This document shows positions 17,660 to 24,262 of a stretch of DNA of 24,262 nt, piece by piece. The position numbers and the translations under genes are program-made. Each line of letters opens with the position of its first letter. Position 1 is the stretch's first letter. Source of the stretch: a virus (taxonomy: Duplodnaviria > Caudoviricetes). A model generated the notes under the pieces. It worked only from the letters and a program-made list of their open reading frames with translations, was not told where the DNA came from and did no database searches. The stretch is taken from the IMG/VR virus record IMGVR_UViG_3300002307_000224, positions 1-24,262 of that record. One strand, written 5' to 3'.

Positions 17660-18227
17660 TTTTCTCTTTCAACAAATTCATGTGTACTACTACGAGTTGG
17701 CTGTAGCTAATTGCGTGAGCCTTTTTGAATGAGTAACCAGACTCGTCTTTGTCCCAAACAGTTTTACTAATTTCTTTCCAAGTGCTACCCACTAAATGTC
17801 TTTTACTAGGCCTGATGATGGCAAGAAACATAGCGAGCCTAGGAATGCTATCAATTGGTTCTGGCATCTTTCTAATCAAATCATAACTGTTGTTCAAGTG
17901 CATTAATTGACCGACAATGTTACGATTTTTTAACATAGTCCAGTCTGGATCATACATCATTCTTACCAAATGCTCTTCATCCCGAATTTGGCTATATACA
18001 TGTACATTGAGTAAGTCTAACTTGAAGTATCCTCGCTCGTCTGCTTCTTTATAGTCAATTGCAGCCATATCGTTTACCGGATCATACGGGATATCAGTGA
18101 TGTAGACGCCGGTTGCATGTTTGCGAATAGGAGTTACTTTTCGCATTGCTGCCGGAATATGTTTGATAACTTTCAGTAAGCTATCACGATCCGCAAAGTC
18201 AATATCAATATCGCTGTCAATACGCAT
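17643..18227 (-). CDS. Minimal DNA polymerase III alpha (DnaE, family C)-like catalytic protein
   Basis: SDIDIDF, KHATGVYI, GYFKLDLL, LAIIRP, YSFKKAHAISY correspond in order to DnaE PDIDxDF, HAAG, GLLKxDFL, ALxRP, YGFNKSHAAAY. Confidence 0.8.
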   Translation of the reverse strand: MRIDSDIDIDFADRDSLLKVIKHIPAAMRKVTPIRKHATGVYITDIPYDPVNDMAAIDYKEADERGYFKLDLLNVHVYSQIRDEEHLVRMMYDPDWTMLKNRNIVGQLMHLNNSYDLIRKMPEPIDSIPRLAMFLAIIRPSKRHLVGSTWKEISKTVWDKDESGYSFKKAHAISYSQLVVVHMNLLKEKNETIS

Positions 18228-18512
18228 TTACATATACTTCAATATAAAGAAAGAGTAGAGTCCTTCGTGAGTTATAGCATAATGGTCAGTAATTTGACCG
18301 TCAGTTATAGTTGGTCTAATACCAAACTTATTTTCTACCCAGTCGGCAAATTCTTTAATGTTTACATTAATGGTGTAGGCTGTGTCTTTTTCTTGAACAT
18401 ACTCTTCCTTAAGCTTCTTCAAGACAGCCCAATACTTCCACCGATTCTCACGATATTCAATCTGTGCATCAGTTGAATCATAATCATCAAAGCTACCCAT
18501 TGGAACTTTCAT
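18228..18512 (-). CDS. Small hypothetical protein (C-terminal F.L(K/R)(W/Y) family)
   Basis: Ends YSFFILKYM; ATGA overlap. Confidence 0.7.
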   Translation of the reverse strand: MKVPMGSFDDYDSTDAQIEYRENRWKYWAVLKKLKEEYVQEKDTAYTINVNIKEFADWVENKFGIRPTITDGQITDHYAITHEGLYSFFILKYM

Positions 18513-18733
18513 TGATTTTTCTTTTTCTTATTCAGTAAACTAACAGGAGTTTCTATTCTAGGTAACCCGCAATCTACACAGTGACAAGTAGCATGACTGA
18601 AAAAACCCCTAGGGGGATCACCCTCAACATACTCAAAACTTGTCCAACGATGCCATCCTAAACGACATCTAAAAGGCTGAATAGGTTTCAACCCCTTTAA
18701 TGTTCTCCAGGTGTTTTCGGCATCAAGTTTCAT
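18509..18733 (-). CDS. Small Cys/His protein (possible Zn ribbon)
   Basis: CRLGWHRW...CHCVDCG. Confidence 0.65.
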   Translation of the reverse strand: MKLDAENTWRTLKGLKPIQPFRCRLGWHRWTSFEYVEGDPPRGFFSHATCHCVDCGLPRIETPVSLLNKKKKNQ

Positions 18734-19284
18734 CGGATGTGCGTCATGCCTGCTTGAATAAGCTTTTGGTATGCTTTCTGCACAACAATAGCCTGACGCT
18801 CAGCATCTTCGACCGCTTTATGTGAGGTAACATGTCCACCATCTTTGAGAGAGACACCTGCAAGATCATAGATAGTGCGACAATCACGAACATTCCAGAA
18901 CTGCCATGGGTACTTCATGTCAAGATCACGGAATGCGCTCTCAGCAATCACGATGTCAAATCCACTACCATTTGACCAGAACTTGTCAGCACGATTCCAG
19001 CAGAACTTGTAGAGCTTTTCCATGCATTCACGGTAGCTAACACGATCACGATCACCCATAGCTTCCTCAATAGCTTCTGGACTCTGTTCTCCCCACCAGC
19101 GAAGCGTGTCATCGCTAATAGTACGATTATAAATGTCAGTTTGCTCTTCCATTGTAGGACGAAGTTCAATCTTGTCAATGATTCCGACACCGCGCGGATC
19201 AAAGCGAACTGCACCGATTGTAAGAATGACTGTGGAAACATCCGTACTAAGTGTTTCCATGTCTATCATGAGGTGATTAGCCAT
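18730..19284 (-). CDS. DEDDh 3'-5' exonuclease (Rv2179c/DexA-like)
   Basis: MIDMETL, WSNGSGFD, RDCRT, HKAVEDA. Confidence 0.88.
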   Translation of the reverse strand: MANHLMIDMETLSTDVSTVILTIGAVRFDPRGVGIIDKIELRPTMEEQTDIYNRTISDDTLRWWGEQSPEAIEEAMGDRDRVSYRECMEKLYKFCWNRADKFWSNGSGFDIVIAESAFRDLDMKYPWQFWNVRDCRTIYDLAGVSLKDGGHVTSHKAVEDAERQAIVVQKAYQKLIQAGMTHIR

Positions 19285-19720
19285 TTTGTTCTTCTTTCTT
19301 TAATATTTCAATGATACGATAGTGTTCTACTAGCTTATCGTAGTTGTCGTAGTTTACTGCTGCAAGTTCAGGATATTTGGCTTCAAGCTGCTTATCAGTA
19401 TGATCCAATCTCATTCTAAGCCAACGATTTTCGTATCCATGAGGATCAACAATATCCTTGAATGATACATATGGCATTAACTGCACTTTGTCATTTCCTA
19501 AGTTTAATGACAAATGTTCAGTAGATTTAATCATTCTACCGTCACCTTCACACTTCATACACTTGTTGCGAGTAGTAGTATACTCTCTTTTATGGTAGTC
19601 GCTAAGTTCTTCGTCTAACGTAAATCCATAGCCTTTGCATCGGTCGCATAATACTACTGTATTAGATCGACTAAAACTACCTGTGATGTGGTTAGGTAAA
19701 TCTTCTAGTGGTATAGCCAT
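19277..19720 (-). CDS. Protein with DnaJ-type Zn-finger pair
   Basis: CDRCKGYG and CMKCEGDG. Confidence 0.7.
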   Translation of the reverse strand: MAIPLEDLPNHITGSFSRSNTVVLCDRCKGYGFTLDEELSDYHKREYTTTRNKCMKCEGDGRMIKSTEHLSLNLGNDKVQLMPYVSFKDIVDPHGYENRWLRMRLDHTDKQLEAKYPELAAVNYDNYDKLVEHYRIIEILKKEEQNG

Positions 19721-19914
19721 TAAATAAAGTCTACTTTGTAGTGTACATTGGGTTTATCAAGCCCTTCTAGGTGCTGCGTTACAGTAGTAGTGATTTTTAC
19801 TTGTCCGTTGGGTAGCCGTTCATACTTCTTATGCTCTTCTCTCAATAGAAGAGGTTCTAGGCTATGCATCCCGTGACAAGGTATAGCATCAATTATAGTA
19901 GGGGTTACACTCAT
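19720..19914 (-). CDS. Hypothetical protein (64 aa)
   Basis: SD AAGGAG; TAATG coupling to the next gene. Confidence 0.65.
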   Translation of the reverse strand: MSVTPTIIDAIPCHGMHSLEPLLLREEHKKYERLPNGQVKITTTVTQHLEGLDKPNVHYKVDFI

Positions 19915-19938
19915 AAAAACTCCTTAAATTATTTTCAT

Positions 19939-19967
19939 ATTGTATCAAAGATACCTTTTTATAGCAA
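19939..19967 (-). promoter_or_regulatory. Sigma70-like promoter TTGCTA-N17-TACAAT (extended TGn)
   Basis: Near-consensus, in the intergenic gap. Confidence 0.65.
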
Positions 19968-19992
19968 CCATAAATAAAATATTTGGAAACAT

Positions 19993-20283
19993 TCATTCGC
20001 ATAGTTTCCAATGCACATAAGTCTTTTCATCAAGTATAATATAGCCGGACACTTTAAACCAATTACTTAAATATTTAGGTTCTCCGTAGTGTTCACGACA
20101 CCATTTTTCTAGCTCGCTCTCTCCTCGAACTAAACGATCAGCACCATAAACAGGTATACGAATAAACATTCTATCTTCCCATTCATTGCCTACTTGAATC
20201 TTCTTCTTAATTTTTTGTGTTACTGGAACCATTTCTACTATGTTATAGTCAATAGGCCTTAGCACCATCTTAGTTTGAACCAT
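19993..20283 (-). CDS. Small hypothetical protein (family member)
   Basis: LEKWCREHYG...EKTYVHWKLCE. Confidence 0.7.
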   Translation of the reverse strand: MVQTKMVLRPIDYNIVEMVPVTQKIKKKIQVGNEWEDRMFIRIPVYGADRLVRGESELEKWCREHYGEPKYLSNWFKVSGYIILDEKTYVHWKLCE

Positions 20284-20456
20284 ATATAATCTCTTTCATC
20301 ACCAAATACAAATTCATGAACAGTGTCCATTGTTAAATGTACCACATCATTTATGTCAATTACTGAGCGGTAAGCAAAAGAAGGACAATTTTCCATCGCC
20401 CATTCTTCGTGCTCTCTAAAATTAGTCAAGTCTGATAACAACACAGAATAGATCAT
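20259..20456 (-). CDS. Small hypothetical protein (family member)
   Basis: EWAMENCPSF...FGDERDYIWFKLRWC. Confidence 0.7.
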   Translation of the reverse strand: MIYSVLLSDLTNFREHEEWAMENCPSFAYRSVIDINDVVHLTMDTVHEFVFGDERDYIWFKLRWC

Positions 20457-20671
20457 GAATACCTCAATAGGAAAATCACATATTTGTGTTCATCAACTAC
20501 TTCAAATGCCTTATCCTGCCAGTCTACTAAACGTAGTCCATATTCGGGTTCTGAGATTTGATTACAGTATTCATTAGAAATACCAATCTGCATCCAATCA
20601 TAGGACTTGATGATAAGTGTATCTGTCCACTTATCAAATAGATCATTGTCCATATGAAAATACTTGTTCAT
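20453..20671 (-). CDS. Small hypothetical protein (family member)
   Basis: VVDEHKYVIFLLRYS. Confidence 0.7.
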   Translation of the reverse strand: MNKYFHMDNDLFDKWTDTLIIKSYDWMQIGISNEYCNQISEPEYGLRLVDWQDKAFEVVDEHKYVIFLLRYS

Positions 20672-20922
20672 AGATACCCTAAAACAAAAGTCAATGCTTC
20701 TTTCTCTTTGTCAAAGATGAAATCGTAATCCCAGAAGATAGGACTATAGGTTGTCTTGTCCCAAGTGCGCCCGACGCACCAATGTTGCTTAATCTTTTGA
20801 TAAGACATATTGCGTTCTCGGCACCAGTGCCAAGAATCAGTGGTATTGATTACGCCCTTTACCCGAACACACCATTGTTGGCCACGCCGAACTACCTTAT
20901 ACTTCTTAATATCCCGCTGCAT
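20668..20922 (-). CDS. Small hypothetical protein (family member)
   Basis: HWCRER...FIFDKEKEALTFVLGYL. Confidence 0.7.
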   Translation of the reverse strand: MQRDIKKYKVVRRGQQWCVRVKGVINTTDSWHWCRERNMSYQKIKQHWCVGRTWDKTTYSPIFWDYDFIFDKEKEALTFVLGYL

Positions 20923-21631
20923 CTAGCAATTCCTTGACCTGTGTTACAATCTCAGGGTCTCGCTTGAACTTGATAGCCCACTTCTCTGGTACGATATAAT
21001 CTAGTATAAGTTTTTGTTGCATGTCATTTAATGATTCCACGAATTCAATTCCGCTTTCACTTTGATAGAGCATCCATGGGCTTATCTTGCCATTAGTAAT
21101 CAGATGGCAAATGCGATTCTTGTTACCATACCGAAGATAGTCTTTGCTTTGTACACTTTCTTCTTTGGCATGGTTAACACAAGTTTCAATACTACGAGCA
21201 ATAGCATCAATTGCGTTTTCTTCACGAATATACTGGATAAGGAATTCAGTGTAGTTCTTATCACTGCACCAGTTGTCAATTGTTATTTTGTTCTTCAACA
21301 GATAATCAGCATAGAAACTTACATTGATGCACTTGATGTTGATACAGTAGTTACCAAACTTTACAAAAGCAATGTAGTACGCGCTTTTTGCGAAATCAAC
21401 ATATGTCTTTGGTTTTTTGGTATTAGTATTCTTTCTATAGAATTCAGTCCAGCAACTAAACGCAATACGATTACCGGGCAAATCTTTATCTTGCCATCTG
21501 CGCTTACTTTCGCAGATGTGCTTAATCATAGTCGTTTCTCGCTGGAAAGACCTGTTACAGAATTCACAACTGAATTCAGTTTCCGAGAGCTTCTTCGTAT
21601 TCTTCAATTTCTTTACTTGTAACAAGGTCAC
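20906..21631 (-). CDS. Hypothetical protein with N-terminal Zn finger (true start may be TTG at 21607)
   Basis: FSCEFCNRSF.....IKHIC; G.ISPW. Confidence 0.7.
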   Translation of the reverse strand: MTLLQVKKLKNTKKLSETEFSCEFCNRSFQRETTMIKHICESKRRWQDKDLPGNRIAFSCWTEFYRKNTNTKKPKTYVDFAKSAYYIAFVKFGNYCINIKCINVSFYADYLLKNKITIDNWCSDKNYTEFLIQYIREENAIDAIARSIETCVNHAKEESVQSKDYLRYGNKNRICHLITNGKISPWMLYQSESGIEFVESLNDMQQKLILDYIVPEKWAIKFKRDPEIVTQVKELLDAAGY

Positions 21632-22163
21632 TTAACAACTCTATTTCATCAAATTTAAGTTCGGGGAACTTATCTGCAAGATAAATCTTTTTCTTATGAT
21701 TGTCAATGAATACTTGCGCAATGATTTCAAGGTCTTGACTACTAGACTTTGGATAAATCTTTTTGTAGTATTCCTTGATATCCTTAGATTTAGCATGTTC
21801 TTTTAGTTTAGCTACACGATCTTTGATATGCGGTATCCATTGATGGAACTGCTTCCCTAATCCCGGACTTGCTGCACATAGCATTAGCCACTGTAATTTA
21901 GGATTCTTCTGTATATTTTCGTTGAACAGATATTTGTTGGCATGGTATTCAGTGCTTTGTAGATAATAATTCTGTAGTTCACTATTACCCTTAATAGCAC
22001 TGACCCAATGAATCAGCATGAACGGCACGAACTTCTTTTGCTGCTCGGGCGTCAACCTATCATAATACGAATAGTCCTTGCGATCAATAGCCGCAAGTGC
22101 TTCAAAAAGATCAAATTCAATCTTATCAAACTTTTCGTCTTGTGATAGTTTTTCTTTAACCAT
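21576..22163 (-). CDS. Probable clamp-loader small subunit (T4 gp62-like)
   Basis: DLFEAL.AI..K, PFM...W.S, AN....., LQW..L, .WI pattern resembles gp62; replication context. Confidence 0.45.
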   Translation of the reverse strand: MVKEKLSQDEKFDKIEFDLFEALAAIDRKDYSYYDRLTPEQQKKFVPFMLIHWVSAIKGNSELQNYYLQSTEYHANKYLFNENIQKNPKLQWLMLCAASPGLGKQFHQWIPHIKDRVAKLKEHAKSKDIKEYYKKIYPKSSSQDLEIIAQVFIDNHKKKIYLADKFPELKFDEIELLSDLVTSKEIEEYEEALGN

Positions 22164-22164
22164 T

Positions 22165-22323
22165 CTACGCCTCGTAGCTGTTGTTGTTTGGATCCATGTC
22201 TCGGTACTTCAAGTACAATTCATAGATATAGTCTACGTGATTGTCTGGTGAACCCAACTCAATGGCAGCTTGATGATGCATAAACAACGCTGCCGTAATC
22301 ACTTCTCGTTCCTTAGTATCCAT
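22165..22323 (-). CDS. Small hypothetical protein (52 aa; not in ORF track)
   Basis: MDTKEREVITAALFMHHQAAIELG...NNNSYEA*; TAATG coupling; fills the gap. Confidence 0.6.
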   Translation of the reverse strand: MDTKEREVITAALFMHHQAAIELGSPDNHVDYIYELYLKYRDMDPNNNSYEA

Positions 22324-22742
22324 TATGTTCTAAGTGCTTCAATAGCGATAATATGTTCAACCGCCTTACCCAAATCGTCGCCGTGATTAACGATTGTCAA
22401 AGTAGGACCGTCACTCTCTTTATAGCGATCTTGCTTCCAAGATTCAATAACAAATCCGCCTGAAGCAGGATAAACAGTGAAGCGAATACTAGACTTTGCG
22501 GTAACAGAATCCGACGGAGCCTTTACCAACGTACCGGTAGTGTCTTGTGCCTCGTCCCATGCTTCACGCACCCACTTTGCAAACTTTCTTTTAAACCAAC
22601 CCATCTTCTTTTCTTTCTTTACTTTCTTAGCGCAATATTCGTCGCTTGTAATTCCATACCTAGTTTTAAAAACCATGCCTGGCGGCTTACTGTTGATAGC
22701 CTTGGCATACTGTGATCCTGCAATGGTATGTCCGTTTGACAT
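22323..22742 (-). CDS. Hypothetical protein (139 aa)
   Basis: TAATG coupling on both sides. Confidence 0.7.
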   Translation of the reverse strand: MSNGHTIAGSQYAKAINSKPPGMVFKTRYGITSDEYCAKKVKKEKKMGWFKRKFAKWVREAWDEAQDTTGTLVKAPSDSVTAKSSIRFTVYPASGGFVIESWKQDRYKESDGPTLTIVNHGDDLGKAVEHIIAIEALRT

Positions 22743-22882
22743 TAATGTTTCTTCTTTTTGGTTTTGTTTGCTAGAAACATTTCTACGGTAATGTCAGGAA
22801 ATAATGTACGAATTACGCCCATGACATCTTCTTCCTTGTTTGTTTTCTTGGCTTTAGCATAAGATTGAATCACTGTATTCAT
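22742..22882 (-). CDS. Small basic protein (46 aa; not in ORF track)
   Basis: SD AAAGGAG; MNTVIQSYAKAKK...NKTKKKKH*; stop overlaps the next ATG. Confidence 0.65.
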   Translation of the reverse strand: MNTVIQSYAKAKKTNKEEDVMGVIRTLFPDITVEMFLANKTKKKKH

Positions 22883-22895
22883 AGTTCTCGCTCCT

Positions 22896-23396
22896 TTAAT
22901 AAATATTACCGTAGTCTACTATCTCGCAATTTCTACTAATATCTTTAACAAAGTAAACACATCTGGGCTTTTCTCCTTCTTCAATAGGAACACATAAAAA
23001 CTGACCATTTTTAAGTCTAGGTGCATACCATGTTACATCTGGATATATGTCTAGAATTTCTATAGTCAAAAAACTAGGACTATAACTTGATAGCGGATTA
23101 AAGCTAAATGCGTGAAATCCACGATCATTGAGACTAGTCAGTGGAAGAGTTTCCAGATCGCCGTGTTCTTGTTCTCCGATAAGTATTTGCCAATCAACTG
23201 GCATTCGTATAGTTTTGTCTCCAATACGCAATACTAATGCAGGACTATTAAAGCTTTCCAAGAAGATAAGTGGAATAAAAAAGTAATCAACATTACTAGG
23301 ATTACTGTTATCCAATATAGCAAAGCGTAGATCGTCTATCACGTCAGGAAGCGTTTCTAAGTTATAAAGGGTATCGTCAATAGTTAGAATTTTCAT
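22896..23396 (-). CDS. Hypothetical protein (166 aa), possible degenerate Hint-fold
   Basis: Beta-rich pattern; own sigma70-like promoter. Confidence 0.7.
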   Translation of the reverse strand: MKILTIDDTLYNLETLPDVIDDLRFAILDNSNPSNVDYFFIPLIFLESFNSPALVLRIGDKTIRMPVDWQILIGEQEHGDLETLPLTSLNDRGFHAFSFNPLSSYSPSFLTIEILDIYPDVTWYAPRLKNGQFLCVPIEEGEKPRCVYFVKDISRNCEIVDYGNIY

Positions 23397-23402
23397 AATA
23401 TA

Positions 23403-23431
23403 TCTTTAGCAAATTTTGTTATACAAGTCAA
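23403..23431 (-). promoter_or_regulatory. Sigma70-like promoter TTGACT-N17-TAAAGA (extended TGn), 6 nt before the ATG
   Basis: Read directly; no SD. Confidence 0.55.
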
Positions 23432-23435
23432 GAAC

Positions 23436-24262
23436 TTAATAGTCCAATTTCTCTAATGTAAAGGGGTAGCCGGCTTCTTTATAATATTCTTTTCTTTTAG
23501 TAAGATGCCTCTTGGCAAACTTACATGAACTGGTAATGTCCCAAATTTGAACGTGGTCCTTATCTTCTGCTTTACGAATGCCTCGTCCAATACTCTGAAT
23601 AACACGAACAAACGATTTACCAGGCTCAATAAGAACCAGATTAAAGATACGCGGAATGTTAATACCAACGGCCGCTACACCATATGTTGCTACGATAATT
23701 TTATCATCGCTTGTCGCAACTTCGTCATATTCTTCTTTTCGTTCAGTAAGACTAGTTCCACCATTAACAAACACTGCATTGGAACCTAACCTACTTACAA
23801 TTTTTTTACCTGCGTTCACTCGGTCAACAAGAACCAATGTGTTGCCTGTCTCATTTACTTTTTCAATAAGCTCTGCGATCTTGTCTAACCTGGCGTCATT
23901 TTCCAATAAGTGCTTTAATTCGCTTTGGTAGTTAGTGAATTCTACATGATCCTTAAGCTGCACTATATTAACGTGGCATTGTGCAAGCACGCCTCTGTCT
24001 TGTAGTTCCTTGGCGGATAGCTTACCGATGACAGGACCTAGTGATACTAGCAACGAGACCTGATCCATTTTATCCTTTGGAATGGTTCCTGTCAAACCCC
24101 AGCGAATTGGAACATCAGCGAAGACACCGGTGAGCATTGTCTTTAGAACATCAGCTTTAGCCATGTGGCAGTTGGATACAACTGCACCTTCTACAATGTA
24201 ATTGTGGTCGTTTTCGATGTGAAGGTTAAAAACTTCATTTGGTTTTTCAATTTCAGTTTTTT
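23436..24262 (-). CDS. uvsW: UvsW-like SF2 DNA helicase, C-terminal part (5'-truncated; intein-containing)
   Basis: GLTGT (motif III), ATYGVAAVGINIP (V), IQSIGRGIR (VI); frame is open to the window edge. Confidence 0.85.
   Translation of the reverse strand, partial: KTEIEKPNEVFNLHIENDHNYIVEGAVVSNCHMAKADVLKTMLTGVFADVPIRWGLTGTIPKDKMDQVSLLVSLGPVIGKLSAKELQDRGVLAQCHVNIVQLKDHVEFTNYQSELKHLLENDARLDKIAELIEKVNETGNTLVLVDRVNAGKKIVSRLGSNAVFVNGGTSLTERKEEYDEVATSDDKIIVATYGVAAVGINIPRIFNLVLIEPGKSFVRVIQSIGRGIRKAEDKDHVQIWDITSSCKFAKRHLTKRKEYYKEAGYPFTLEKLDY
24171..24262 (-). mobile_element. C-terminal end of an intein (blocks F/G)
   Basis: KTEIEKPNEVFNLHIENDHNYIVEGAVVSN|CHMAK: terminal Asn followed by Cys+1. Confidence 0.88.

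Noticed and set aside
19971-19976. Plus-strand TAAATA in the intergenic gap
   Set aside because: No sense gene follows; an antisense late promoter is possible but unsupported
10211-23931. Remaining short overlapping ORFs (10211, 11070, 11434, 13792, 15745, 17021, 18267, 18948, 21062, 22477, 23453, 23547, 23656)
   Set aside because: Lie within or opposite motif-bearing or tightly coupled genes
1-24262. Stop-codon reassignment, tRNA or rRNA genes
   Set aside because: Genes are full length and tightly packed under the standard code with all three stops used; gaps are short and no cloverleaf was seen

Overview
AT-rich, densely packed, mostly minus-strand segment of a large T4-related (probably jumbo) myophage; the gene set recalls RaK2/GAP32-like and freshwater uncultured jumbo phages, though that placement is inferred. 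From left to right: the 3' part of a gp15-like tail completion gene, an inserted GIY-YIG/NUMOD3 endonuclease, a Nudix hydrolase, a holin-like protein, a Thr/Asn/Ala-rich virion protein, a 1191-aa tail fibre, a PD-(D/E)XK exonuclease and a block of late hypothetical genes including a KxDG ligase-like protein. These are followed by a DnaB-type helicase and primase, peptide deformylase, a 194-aa minimal DnaE-like protein, a DEDDh exonuclease, a family of small paralogues, a probable clamp-loader small subunit, and the 3' part of a UvsW-like helicase whose DExH motif appears interrupted by an intein. Ten intergenic TAAATA late-promoter motifs and four sigma70-like promoters are visible, five of them positioned to give leaderless mRNAs, plus two structured 5' leaders. 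All product calls come from motif recognition by eye; no searches were run.
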